From Takakia lepidozioides (lineage: Eukaryota > Plantae > Bryophyta): DNA of 58,765 nt. How positions within the stretch are numbered: the first letter of the stretch is position 1; each line of letters begins with the position of its first letter. A model generated the notes under the pieces. It saw nothing but the letters and a program-made list of their open reading frames with translations. It did not search any database and was not told the origin of the DNA. This document shows, in pieces, positions 25,301 through 40,300 of the stretch. The position numbers and the translations under genes were made by a program. The stretch lies in assembly GCA_030704615.1 (NCBI GenBank), contig JAKLZA010000367.1, positions 1-58,765 of the forward strand. The letters are read 5' to 3'.

Positions 25301-28300
25301 GTACCCTGCAGAGTAGTTTACCAAGCAGAAAAGGAGAGATAGAGCTGTTGGAACTGATTGTAAGGCATGCAACATGGTCACAAATTTATTTTCTTTTAAA
25401 GAACGTCCACCACCCATCAGCCAGACAGGTGTAAACATGCCATGGAACATAAATTAAGCCTGGAGATATCACTCCAGAACCAACTTACAACCAATATAAA
25501 TGTGACTGATTTATTACACCATGCTTAAACACTTGCATAGTAGTTTCTAAGTAAGAGAAACGTACATAGGGCTGTATGGGCATTAAGAAAGAGAACATCA
25601 GGTCTTGATGTGTTGTTTCAAAGCATTATCAACCCCATGCAACAGTAAAAAACAATCACATTAAAAACCAGCCTGCCCTCAAATATAAACAGGTCTGTTT
25701 GACTTATCAAAAGCAAGACATGGCCTTAAAACTTTGTGAAGTCCAAATCAGCACCCTGCCAGAATTAAAGGCATGCTCAACAGATATCAGCTAGCAGCAG
25801 GTTACATTCCTCAAGAGCCACAACGGGCTTTCAAAGAAAATTGTCTTTTACAACAGCCTTCTCAGGTACCCTGCAGAGTAGTTTACCAAGCAGAAAAGGA
25901 GAGATAGAGCTGTTGGAACTGATTGTAAGGCATGCAACATGGTCACAAATTTATTTTCTTTTAAAGAACGTCCACCACCCATCAGCCAGACAGGTGTAAA
26001 CATGCCATGGAACATAAATTAAGCCTGGAGATATCACTCCAGAACCAACTTACAACCAATATAAATGTGACTGATTTATTACACCATGCTTAAACACTTG
26101 CATAGTAGTTTCTAAGTAAGAGAAACGTACATAGGGCTGTATGGGCATTAAGAAAGAGAACATCAGGTCTTGATGTGTTGTTTCAAAGCATTATCAACCC
26201 CATGCAACAGTAAAAAACAATCACATTAAAAACCAGCCTGCCCTCAAATATAAACAGGTCTGTTTGACTTATCAAAAGCAAGACATGGCCTTAAAACTTT
26301 GTGAAGTCCAAATCAGCACCCTGCCAGAATTAAAGGCATGCTCAACAGATATCAGCTAGCAGCAGGTTACATTCCTCAAGAGCCACAACGGGCTTTCAAA
26401 GAAAATTGTCTTTTACAACAGCCTTCTCAGGTACCCTGCAGAGTAGTTTACCAAGCAGAAAAGGAGAGATAGAGCTGTTGGAACTGATTGTAAGGCATGC
26501 AACATGGTCACAAATTTATTTTCTTTTAAAGAACGTCCACCACCCATCAGCCAGACAGGTGTAAACATGCCATGGAACATAAATTAAGCCTGGAGATATC
26601 ACTCCAGAACCAACTTACAACCAATATAAATGTGACTGATTTATTACACCATGCTTAAACACTTGCATAGTAGTTTCTAAGTAAGAGAAACGTACATAGG
26701 GCTGTATGGGCATTAAGAAAGAGAACATCAGGTCTTGATGTGTTGTTTCAAAGCATTATCAACCCCATGCAACAGTAAAAAACAATCACATTAAAAACCA
26801 GCCTGCCCTCAAATATAAACAGGTCTGTTTGACTTATCAAAAGCAAGACATGGCCTTAAAACTTTGTGAAGTCCAAATCAGCACCCTGCCAGAATTAAAG
26901 GCATGCTCAACAGATATCAGCTAGCAGCAGGTTACATTCCTCAAGAGCCACAACGGGCTTTCAAAGAAAATTGTCTTTTACAACAGCCTTCTCAGGTACC
27001 CTGCAGAGTAGTTTACCAAGCAGAAAAGGAGAGATAGAGCTGTTGGAACTGATTGTAAGGCATGCAACATGGTCACAAATTTATTTTCTTTTAAAGAACG
27101 TCCACCACCCATCAGCCAGACAGGTGTAAACATGCCATGGAACATAAATTAAGCCTGGAGATATCACTCCAGAACCAACTTACAACCAATATAAATGTGA
27201 CTGATTTATTACACCATGCTTAAACACTTGCATAGTAGTTTCTAAGTAAGAGAAACGTACATAGGGCTGTATGGGCATTAAGAAAGAGAACATCAGGTCT
27301 TGATGTGTTGTTTCAAAGCATTATCAACCCCATGCAACAGTAAAAAACAATCACATTAAAAACCAGCCTGCCCTCAAATATAAACAGGTCTGTTTGACTT
27401 ATCAAAAGCAAGACATGGCCTTAAAACTTTGTGAAGTCCAAATCAGCACCCTGCCAGAATTAAAGGCATGCTCAACAGATATCAGCTAGCAGCAGGTTAC
27501 ATTCCTCAAGAGCCACAACGGGCTTTCAAAGAAAATTGTCTTTTACAACAGCCTTCTCAGGTACCCTGCAGAGTAGTTTACCAAGCAGAAAAGGAGAGAT
27601 AGAGCTGTTGGAACTGATTGTAAGGCATGCAACATGGTCACAAATTTATTTTCTTTTAAAGAACGTCCACCACCCATCAGCCAGACAGGTGTAAACATGC
27701 CATGGAACATAAATTAAGCCTGGAGATATCACTCCAGAACCAACTTACAACCAATATAAATGTGACTGATTTATTACACCATGCTTAAACACTTGCATAG
27801 TAGTTTCTAAGTAAGAGAAACGTACATAGGGCTGTATGGGCATTAAGAAAGAGAACATCAGGTCTTGATGTGTTGTTTCAAAGCATTATCAACCCCATGC
27901 AACAGTAAAAAACAATCACATTAAAAACCAGCCTGCCCTCAAATATAAACAGGTCTGTTTGACTTATCAAAAGCAAGACATGGCCTTAAAACTTTGTGAA
28001 GTCCAAATCAGCACCCTGCCAGAATTAAAGGCATGCTCAACAGATATCAGCTAGCAGCAGGTTACATTCCTCAAGAGCCACAACGGGCTTTCAAAGAAAA
28101 TTGTCTTTTACAACAGCCTTCTCAGGTACCCTGCAGAGTAGTTTACCAAGCAGAAAAGGAGAGATAGAGCTGTTGGAACTGATTGTAAGGCATGCAACAT
28201 GGTCACAAATTTATTTTCTTTTAAAGAACGTCCACCACCCATCAGCCAGACAGGTGTAAACATGCCATGGAACATAAATTAAGCCTGGAGATATCACTCC

Positions 28301-31300
28301 AGAACCAACTTACAACCAATATAAATGTGACTGATTTATTACACCATGCTTAAACACTTGCATAGTAGTTTCTAAGTAAGAGAAACGTACATAGGGCTGT
28401 ATGGGCATTAAGAAAGAGAACATCAGGTCTTGATGTGTTGTTTCAAAGCATTATCAACCCCATGCAACAGTAAAAAACAATCACATTAAAAACCAGCCTG
28501 CCCTCAAATATAAACAGGTCTGTTTGACTTATCAAAAGCAAGACATGGCCTTAAAACTTTGTGAAGTCCAAATCAGCACCCTGCCAGAATTAAAGGCATG
28601 CTCAACAGATATCAGCTAGCAGCAGGTTACATTCCTCAAGAGCCACAACGGGCTTTCAAAGAAAATTGTCTTTTACAACAGCCTTCTCAGGTACCCTGCA
28701 GAGTAGTTTACCAAGCAGAAAAGGAGAGATAGAGCTGTTGGAACTGATTGTAAGGCATGCAACATGGTCACAAATTTATTTTCTTTTAAAGAACGTCCAC
28801 CACCCATCAGCCAGACAGGTGTAAACATGCCATGGAACATAAATTAAGCCTGGAGATATCACTCCAGAACCAACTTACAACCAATATAAATGTGACTGAT
28901 TTATTACACCATGCTTAAACACTTGCATAGTAGTTTCTAAGTAAGAGAAACGTACATAGGGCTGTATGGGCATTAAGAAAGAGAACATCAGGTCTTGATG
29001 TGTTGTTTCAAAGCATTATCAACCCCATGCAACAGTAAAAAACAATCACATTAAAAACCAGCCTGCCCTCAAATATAAACAGGTCTGTTTGACTTATCAA
29101 AAGCAAGACATGGCCTTAAAACTTTGTGAAGTCCAAATCAGCACCCTGCCAGAATTAAAGGCATGCTCAACAGATATCAGCTAGCAGCAGGTTACATTCC
29201 TCAAGAGCCACAACGGGCTTTCAAAGAAAATTGTCTTTTACAACAGCCTTCTCAGGTACCCTGCAGAGTAGTTTACCAAGCAGAAAAGGAGAGATAGAGC
29301 TGTTGGAACTGATTGTAAGGCATGCAACATGGTCACAAATTTATTTTCTTTTAAAGAACGTCCACCACCCATCAGCCAGACAGGTGTAAACATGCCATGG
29401 AACATAAATTAAGCCTGGAGATATCACTCCAGAACCAACTTACAACCAATATAAATGTGACTGATTTATTACACCATGCTTAAACACTTGCATAGTAGTT
29501 TCTAAGTAAGAGAAACGTACATAGGGCTGTATGGGCATTAAGAAAGAGAACATCAGGTCTTGATGTGTTGTTTCAAAGCATTATCAACCCCATGCAACAG
29601 TAAAAAACAATCACATTAAAAACCAGCCTGCCCTCAAATATAAACAGGTCTGTTTGACTTATCAAAAGCAAGACATGGCCTTAAAACTTTGTGAAGTCCA
29701 AATCAGCACCCTGCCAGAATTAAAGGCATGCTCAACAGATATCAGCTAGCAGCAGGTTACATTCCTCAAGAGCCACAACGGGCTTTCAAAGAAAATTGTC
29801 TTTTACAACAGCCTTCTCAGGTACCCTGCAGAGTAGTTTACCAAGCAGAAAAGGAGAGATAGAGCTGTTGGAACTGATTGTAAGGCATGCAACATGGTCA
29901 CAAATTTATTTTCTTTTAAAGAACGTCCACCACCCATCAGCCAGACAGGTGTAAACATGCCATGGAACATAAATTAAGCCTGGAGATATCACTCCAGAAC
30001 CAACTTACAACCAATATAAATGTGACTGATTTATTACACCATGCTTAAACACTTGCATAGTAGTTTCTAAGTAAGAGAAACGTACATAGGGCTGTATGGG
30101 CATTAAGAAAGAGAACATCAGGTCTTGATGTGTTGTTTCAAAGCATTATCAACCCCATGCAACAGTAAAAAACAATCACATTAAAAACCAGCCTGCCCTC
30201 AAATATAAACAGGTCTGTTTGACTTATCAAAAGCAAGACATGGCCTTAAAACTTTGTGAAGTCCAAATCAGCACCCTGCCAGAATTAAAGGCATGCTCAA
30301 CAGATATCAGCTAGCAGCAGGTTACATTCCTCAAGAGCCACAACGGGCTTTCAAAGAAAATTGTCTTTTACAACAGCCTTCTCAGGTACCCTGCAGAGTA
30401 GTTTACCAAGCAGAAAAGGAGAGATAGAGCTGTTGGAACTGATTGTAAGGCATGCAACATGGTCACAAATTTATTTTCTTTTAAAGAACGTCCACCACCC
30501 ATCAGCCAGACAGGTGTAAACATGCCATGGAACATAAATTAAGCCTGGAGATATCACTCCAGAACCAACTTACAACCAATATAAATGTGACTGATTTATT
30601 ACACCATGCTTAAACACTTGCATAGTAGTTTCTAAGTAAGAGAAACGTACATAGGGCTGTATGGGCATTAAGAAAGAGAACATCAGGTCTTGATGTGTTG
30701 TTTCAAAGCATTATCAACCCCATGCAACAGTAAAAAACAATCACATTAAAAACCAGCCTGCCCTCAAATATAAACAGGTCTGTTTGACTTATCAAAAGCA
30801 AGACATGGCCTTAAAACTTTGTGAAGTCCAAATCAGCACCCTGCCAGAATTAAAGGCATGCTCAACAGATATCAGCTAGCAGCAGGTTACATTCCTCAAG
30901 AGCCACAACGGGCTTTCAAAGAAAATTGTCTTTTACAACAGCCTTCTCAGGTACCCTGCAGAGTAGTTTACCAAGCAGAAAAGGAGAGATAGAGCTGTTG
31001 GAACTGATTGTAAGGCATGCAACATGGTCACAAATTTATTTTCTTTTAAAGAACGTCCACCACCCATCAGCCAGACAGGTGTAAACATGCCATGGAACAT
31101 AAATTAAGCCTGGAGATATCACTCCAGAACCAACTTACAACCAATATAAATGTGACTGATTTATTACACCATGCTTAAACACTTGCATAGTAGTTTCTAA
31201 GTAAGAGAAACGTACATAGGGCTGTATGGGCATTAAGAAAGAGAACATCAGGTCTTGATGTGTTGTTTCAAAGCATTATCAACCCCATGCAACAGTAAAA

Positions 31301-34300
31301 AACAATCACATTAAAAACCAGCCTGCCCTCAAATATAAACAGGTCTGTTTGACTTATCAAAAGCAAGACATGGCCTTAAAACTTTGTGAAGTCCAAATCA
31401 GCACCCTGCCAGAATTAAAGGCATGCTCAACAGATATCAGCTAGCAGCAGGTTACATTCCTCAAGAGCCACAACGGGCTTTCAAAGAAAATTGTCTTTTA
31501 CAACAGCCTTCTCAGGTACCCTGCAGAGTAGTTTACCAAGCAGAAAAGGAGAGATAGAGCTGTTGGAACTGATTGTAAGGCATGCAACATGGTCACAAAT
31601 TTATTTTCTTTTAAAGAACGTCCACCACCCATCAGCCAGACAGGTGTAAACATGCCATGGAACATAAATTAAGCCTGGAGATATCACTCCAGAACCAACT
31701 TACAACCAATATAAATGTGACTGATTTATTACACCATGCTTAAACACTTGCATAGTAGTTTCTAAGTAAGAGAAACGTACATAGGGCTGTATGGGCATTA
31801 AGAAAGAGAACATCAGGTCTTGATGTGTTGTTTCAAAGCATTATCAACCCCATGCAACAGTAAAAAACAATCACATTAAAAACCAGCCTGCCCTCAAATA
31901 TAAACAGGTCTGTTTGACTTATCAAAAGCAAGACATGGCCTTAAAACTTTGTGAAGTCCAAATCAGCACCCTGCCAGAATTAAAGGCATGCTCAACAGAT
32001 ATCAGCTAGCAGCAGGTTACATTCCTCAAGAGCCACAACGGGCTTTCAAAGAAAATTGTCTTTTACAACAGCCTTCTCAGGTACCCTGCAGAGTAGTTTA
32101 CCAAGCAGAAAAGGAGAGATAGAGCTGTTGGAACTGATTGTAAGGCATGCAACATGGTCACAAATTTATTTTCTTTTAAAGAACGTCCACCACCCATCAG
32201 CCAGACAGGTGTAAACATGCCATGGAACATAAATTAAGCCTGGAGATATCACTCCAGAACCAACTTACAACCAATATAAATGTGACTGATTTATTACACC
32301 ATGCTTAAACACTTGCATAGTAGTTTCTAAGTAAGAGAAACGTACATAGGGCTGTATGGGCATTAAGAAAGAGAACATCAGGTCTTGATGTGTTGTTTCA
32401 AAGCATTATCAACCCCATGCAACAGTAAAAAACAATCACATTAAAAACCAGCCTGCCCTCAAATATAAACAGGTCTGTTTGACTTATCAAAAGCAAGACA
32501 TGGCCTTAAAACTTTGTGAAGTCCAAATCAGCACCCTGCCAGAATTAAAGGCATGCTCAACAGATATCAGCTAGCAGCAGGTTACATTCCTCAAGAGCCA
32601 CAACGGGCTTTCAAAGAAAATTGTCTTTTACAACAGCCTTCTCAGGTACCCTGCAGAGTAGTTTACCAAGCAGAAAAGGAGAGATAGAGCTGTTGGAACT
32701 GATTGTAAGGCATGCAACATGGTCACAAATTTATTTTCTTTTAAAGAACGTCCACCACCCATCAGCCAGACAGGTGTAAACATGCCATGGAACATAAATT
32801 AAGCCTGGAGATATCACTCCAGAACCAACTTACAACCAATATAAATGTGACTGATTTATTACACCATGCTTAAACACTTGCATAGTAGTTTCTAAGTAAG
32901 AGAAACGTACATAGGGCTGTATGGGCATTAAGAAAGAGAACATCAGGTCTTGATGTGTTGTTTCAAAGCATTATCAACCCCATGCAACAGTAAAAAACAA
33001 TCACATTAAAAACCAGCCTGCCCTCAAATATAAACAGGTCTGTTTGACTTATCAAAAGCAAGACATGGCCTTAAAACTTTGTGAAGTCCAAATCAGCACC
33101 CTGCCAGAATTAAAGGCATGCTCAACAGATATCAGCTAGCAGCAGGTTACATTCCTCAAGAGCCACAACGGGCTTTCAAAGAAAATTGTCTTTTACAACA
33201 GCCTTCTCAGGTACCCTGCAGAGTAGTTTACCAAGCAGAAAAGGAGAGATAGAGCTGTTGGAACTGATTGTAAGGCATGCAACATGGTCACAAATTTATT
33301 TTCTTTTAAAGAACGTCCACCACCCATCAGCCAGACAGGTGTAAACATGCCATGGAACATAAATTAAGCCTGGAGATATCACTCCAGAACCAACTTACAA
33401 CCAATATAAATGTGACTGATTTATTACACCATGCTTAAACACTTGCATAGTAGTTTCTAAGTAAGAGAAACGTACATAGGGCTGTATGGGCATTAAGAAA
33501 GAGAACATCAGGTCTTGATGTGTTGTTTCAAAGCATTATCAACCCCATGCAACAGTAAAAAACAATCACATTAAAAACCAGCCTGCCCTCAAATATAAAC
33601 AGGTCTGTTTGACTTATCAAAAGCAAGACATGGCCTTAAAACTTTGTGAAGTCCAAATCAGCACCCTGCCAGAATTAAAGGCATGCTCAACAGATATCAG
33701 CTAGCAGCAGGTTACATTCCTCAAGAGCCACAACGGGCTTTCAAAGAAAATTGTCTTTTACAACAGCCTTCTCAGGTACCCTGCAGAGTAGTTTACCAAG
33801 CAGAAAAGGAGAGATAGAGCTGTTGGAACTGATTGTAAGGCATGCAACATGGTCACAAATTTATTTTCTTTTAAAGAACGTCCACCACCCATCAGCCAGA
33901 CAGGTGTAAACATGCCATGGAACATAAATTAAGCCTGGAGATATCACTCCAGAACCAACTTACAACCAATATAAATGTGACTGATTTATTACACCATGCT
34001 TAAACACTTGCATAGTAGTTTCTAAGTAAGAGAAACGTACATAGGGCTGTATGGGCATTAAGAAAGAGAACATCAGGTCTTGATGTGTTGTTTCAAAGCA
34101 TTATCAACCCCATGCAACAGTAAAAAACAATCACATTAAAAACCAGCCTGCCCTCAAATATAAACAGGTCTGTTTGACTTATCAAAAGCAAGACATGGCC
34201 TTAAAACTTTGTGAAGTCCAAATCAGCACCCTGCCAGAATTAAAGGCATGCTCAACAGATATCAGCTAGCAGCAGGTTACATTCCTCAAGAGCCACAACG

Positions 34301-37300
34301 GGCTTTCAAAGAAAATTGTCTTTTACAACAGCCTTCTCAGGTACCCTGCAGAGTAGTTTACCAAGCAGAAAAGGAGAGATAGAGCTGTTGGAACTGATTG
34401 TAAGGCATGCAACATGGTCACAAATTTATTTTCTTTTAAAGAACGTCCACCACCCATCAGCCAGACAGGTGTAAACATGCCATGGAACATAAATTAAGCC
34501 TGGAGATATCACTCCAGAACCAACTTACAACCAATATAAATGTGACTGATTTATTACACCATGCTTAAACACTTGCATAGTAGTTTCTAAGTAAGAGAAA
34601 CGTACATAGGGCTGTATGGGCATTAAGAAAGAGAACATCAGGTCTTGATGTGTTGTTTCAAAGCATTATCAACCCCATGCAACAGTAAAAAACAATCACA
34701 TTAAAAACCAGCCTGCCCTCAAATATAAACAGGTCTGTTTGACTTATCAAAAGCAAGACATGGCCTTAAAACTTTGTGAAGTCCAAATCAGCACCCTGCC
34801 AGAATTAAAGGCATGCTCAACAGATATCAGCTAGCAGCAGGTTACATTCCTCAAGAGCCACAACGGGCTTTCAAAGAAAATTGTCTTTTACAACAGCCTT
34901 CTCAGGTACCCTGCAGAGTAGTTTACCAAGCAGAAAAGGAGAGATAGAGCTGTTGGAACTGATTGTAAGGCATGCAACATGGTCACAAATTTATTTTCTT
35001 TTAAAGAACGTCCACCACCCATCAGCCAGACAGGTGTAAACATGCCATGGAACATAAATTAAGCCTGGAGATATCACTCCAGAACCAACTTACAACCAAT
35101 ATAAATGTGACTGATTTATTACACCATGCTTAAACACTTGCATAGTAGTTTCTAAGTAAGAGAAACGTACATAGGGCTGTATGGGCATTAAGAAAGAGAA
35201 CATCAGGTCTTGATGTGTTGTTTCAAAGCATTATCAACCCCATGCAACAGTAAAAAACAATCACATTAAAAACCAGCCTGCCCTCAAATATAAACAGGTC
35301 TGTTTGACTTATCAAAAGCAAGACATGGCCTTAAAACTTTGTGAAGTCCAAATCAGCACCCTGCCAGAATTAAAGGCATGCTCAACAGATATCAGCTAGC
35401 AGCAGGTTACATTCCTCAAGAGCCACAACGGGCTTTCAAAGAAAATTGTCTTTTACAACAGCCTTCTCAGGTACCCTGCAGAGTAGTTTACCAAGCAGAA
35501 AAGGAGAGATAGAGCTGTTGGAACTGATTGTAAGGCATGCAACATGGTCACAAATTTATTTTCTTTTAAAGAACGTCCACCACCCATCAGCCAGACAGGT
35601 GTAAACATGCCATGGAACATAAATTAAGCCTGGAGATATCACTCCAGAACCAACTTACAACCAATATAAATGTGACTGATTTATTACACCATGCTTAAAC
35701 ACTTGCATAGTAGTTTCTAAGTAAGAGAAACGTACATAGGGCTGTATGGGCATTAAGAAAGAGAACATCAGGTCTTGATGTGTTGTTTCAAAGCATTATC
35801 AACCCCATGCAACAGTAAAAAACAATCACATTAAAAACCAGCCTGCCCTCAAATATAAACAGGTCTGTTTGACTTATCAAAAGCAAGACATGGCCTTAAA
35901 ACTTTGTGAAGTCCAAATCAGCACCCTGCCAGAATTAAAGGCATGCTCAACAGATATCAGCTAGCAGCAGGTTACATTCCTCAAGAGCCACAACGGGCTT
36001 TCAAAGAAAATTGTCTTTTACAACAGCCTTCTCAGGTACCCTGCAGAGTAGTTTACCAAGCAGAAAAGGAGAGATAGAGCTGTTGGAACTGATTGTAAGG
36101 CATGCAACATGGTCACAAATTTATTTTCTTTTAAAGAACGTCCACCACCCATCAGCCAGACAGGTGTAAACATGCCATGGAACATAAATTAAGCCTGGAG
36201 ATATCACTCCAGAACCAACTTACAACCAATATAAATGTGACTGATTTATTACACCATGCTTAAACACTTGCATAGTAGTTTCTAAGTAAGAGAAACGTAC
36301 ATAGGGCTGTATGGGCATTAAGAAAGAGAACATCAGGTCTTGATGTGTTGTTTCAAAGCATTATCAACCCCATGCAACAGTAAAAAACAATCACATTAAA
36401 AACCAGCCTGCCCTCAAATATAAACAGGTCTGTTTGACTTATCAAAAGCAAGACATGGCCTTAAAACTTTGTGAAGTCCAAATCAGCACCCTGCCAGAAT
36501 TAAAGGCATGCTCAACAGATATCAGCTAGCAGCAGGTTACATTCCTCAAGAGCCACAACGGGCTTTCAAAGAAAATTGTCTTTTACAACAGCCTTCTCAG
36601 GTACCCTGCAGAGTAGTTTACCAAGCAGAAAAGGAGAGATAGAGCTGTTGGAACTGATTGTAAGGCATGCAACATGGTCACAAATTTATTTTCTTTTAAA
36701 GAACGTCCACCACCCATCAGCCAGACAGGTGTAAACATGCCATGGAACATAAATTAAGCCTGGAGATATCACTCCAGAACCAACTTACAACCAATATAAA
36801 TGTGACTGATTTATTACACCATGCTTAAACACTTGCATAGTAGTTTCTAAGTAAGAGAAACGTACATAGGGCTGTATGGGCATTAAGAAAGAGAACATCA
36901 GGTCTTGATGTGTTGTTTCAAAGCATTATCAACCCCATGCAACAGTAAAAAACAATCACATTAAAAACCAGCCTGCCCTCAAATATAAACAGGTCTGTTT
37001 GACTTATCAAAAGCAAGACATGGCCTTAAAACTTTGTGAAGTCCAAATCAGCACCCTGCCAGAATTAAAGGCATGCTCAACAGATATCAGCTAGCAGCAG
37101 GTTACATTCCTCAAGAGCCACAACGGGCTTTCAAAGAAAATTGTCTTTTACAACAGCCTTCTCAGGTACCCTGCAGAGTAGTTTACCAAGCAGAAAAGGA
37201 GAGATAGAGCTGTTGGAACTGATTGTAAGGCATGCAACATGGTCACAAATTTATTTTCTTTTAAAGAACGTCCACCACCCATCAGCCAGACAGGTGTAAA

Positions 37301-40300
37301 CATGCCATGGAACATAAATTAAGCCTGGAGATATCACTCCAGAACCAACTTACAACCAATATAAATGTGACTGATTTATTACACCATGCTTAAACACTTG
37401 CATAGTAGTTTCTAAGTAAGAGAAACGTACATAGGGCTGTATGGGCATTAAGAAAGAGAACATCAGGTCTTGATGTGTTGTTTCAAAGCATTATCAACCC
37501 CATGCAACAGTAAAAAACAATCACATTAAAAACCAGCCTGCCCTCAAATATAAACAGGTCTGTTTGACTTATCAAAAGCAAGACATGGCCTTAAAACTTT
37601 GTGAAGTCCAAATCAGCACCCTGCCAGAATTAAAGGCATGCTCAACAGATATCAGCTAGCAGCAGGTTACATTCCTCAAGAGCCACAACGGGCTTTCAAA
37701 GAAAATTGTCTTTTACAACAGCCTTCTCAGGTACCCTGCAGAGTAGTTTACCAAGCAGAAAAGGAGAGATAGAGCTGTTGGAACTGATTGTAAGGCATGC
37801 AACATGGTCACAAATTTATTTTCTTTTAAAGAACGTCCACCACCCATCAGCCAGACAGGTGTAAACATGCCATGGAACATAAATTAAGCCTGGAGATATC
37901 ACTCCAGAACCAACTTACAACCAATATAAATGTGACTGATTTATTACACCATGCTTAAACACTTGCATAGTAGTTTCTAAGTAAGAGAAACGTACATAGG
38001 GCTGTATGGGCATTAAGAAAGAGAACATCAGGTCTTGATGTGTTGTTTCAAAGCATTATCAACCCCATGCAACAGTAAAAAACAATCACATTAAAAACCA
38101 GCCTGCCCTCAAATATAAACAGGTCTGTTTGACTTATCAAAAGCAAGACATGGCCTTAAAACTTTGTGAAGTCCAAATCAGCACCCTGCCAGAATTAAAG
38201 GCATGCTCAACAGATATCAGCTAGCAGCAGGTTACATTCCTCAAGAGCCACAACGGGCTTTCAAAGAAAATTGTCTTTTACAACAGCCTTCTCAGGTACC
38301 CTGCAGAGTAGTTTACCAAGCAGAAAAGGAGAGATAGAGCTGTTGGAACTGATTGTAAGGCATGCAACATGGTCACAAATTTATTTTCTTTTAAAGAACG
38401 TCCACCACCCATCAGCCAGACAGGTGTAAACATGCCATGGAACATAAATTAAGCCTGGAGATATCACTCCAGAACCAACTTACAACCAATATAAATGTGA
38501 CTGATTTATTACACCATGCTTAAACACTTGCATAGTAGTTTCTAAGTAAGAGAAACGTACATAGGGCTGTATGGGCATTAAGAAAGAGAACATCAGGTCT
38601 TGATGTGTTGTTTCAAAGCATTATCAACCCCATGCAACAGTAAAAAACAATCACATTAAAAACCAGCCTGCCCTCAAATATAAACAGGTCTGTTTGACTT
38701 ATCAAAAGCAAGACATGGCCTTAAAACTTTGTGAAGTCCAAATCAGCACCCTGCCAGAATTAAAGGCATGCTCAACAGATATCAGCTAGCAGCAGGTTAC
38801 ATTCCTCAAGAGCCACAACGGGCTTTCAAAGAAAATTGTCTTTTACAACAGCCTTCTCAGGTACCCTGCAGAGTAGTTTACCAAGCAGAAAAGGAGAGAT
38901 AGAGCTGTTGGAACTGATTGTAAGGCATGCAACATGGTCACAAATTTATTTTCTTTTAAAGAACGTCCACCACCCATCAGCCAGACAGGTGTAAACATGC
39001 CATGGAACATAAATTAAGCCTGGAGATATCACTCCAGAACCAACTTACAACCAATATAAATGTGACTGATTTATTACACCATGCTTAAACACTTGCATAG
39101 TAGTTTCTAAGTAAGAGAAACGTACATAGGGCTGTATGGGCATTAAGAAAGAGAACATCAGGTCTTGATGTGTTGTTTCAAAGCATTATCAACCCCATGC
39201 AACAGTAAAAAACAATCACATTAAAAACCAGCCTGCCCTCAAATATAAACAGGTCTGTTTGACTTATCAAAAGCAAGACATGGCCTTAAAACTTTGTGAA
39301 GTCCAAATCAGCACCCTGCCAGAATTAAAGGCATGCTCAACAGATATCAGCTAGCAGCAGGTTACATTCCTCAAGAGCCACAACGGGCTTTCAAAGAAAA
39401 TTGTCTTTTACAACAGCCTTCTCAGGTACCCTGCAGAGTAGTTTACCAAGCAGAAAAGGAGAGATAGAGCTGTTGGAACTGATTGTAAGGCATGCAACAT
39501 GGTCACAAATTTATTTTCTTTTAAAGAACGTCCACCACCCATCAGCCAGACAGGTGTAAACATGCCATGGAACATAAATTAAGCCTGGAGATATCACTCC
39601 AGAACCAACTTACAACCAATATAAATGTGACTGATTTATTACACCATGCTTAAACACTTGCATAGTAGTTTCTAAGTAAGAGAAACGTACATAGGGCTGT
39701 ATGGGCATTAAGAAAGAGAACATCAGGTCTTGATGTGTTGTTTCAAAGCATTATCAACCCCATGCAACAGTAAAAAACAATCACATTAAAAACCAGCCTG
39801 CCCTCAAATATAAACAGGTCTGTTTGACTTATCAAAAGCAAGACATGGCCTTAAAACTTTGTGAAGTCCAAATCAGCACCCTGCCAGAATTAAAGGCATG
39901 CTCAACAGATATCAGCTAGCAGCAGGTTACATTCCTCAAGAGCCACAACGGGCTTTCAAAGAAAATTGTCTTTTACAACAGCCTTCTCAGGTACCCTGCA
40001 GAGTAGTTTACCAAGCAGAAAAGGAGAGATAGAGCTGTTGGAACTGATTGTAAGGCATGCAACATGGTCACAAATTTATTTTCTTTTAAAGAACGTCCAC
40101 CACCCATCAGCCAGACAGGTGTAAACATGCCATGGAACATAAATTAAGCCTGGAGATATCACTCCAGAACCAACTTACAACCAATATAAATGTGACTGAT
40201 TTATTACACCATGCTTAAACACTTGCATAGTAGTTTCTAAGTAAGAGAAACGTACATAGGGCTGTATGGGCATTAAGAAAGAGAACATCAGGTCTTGATG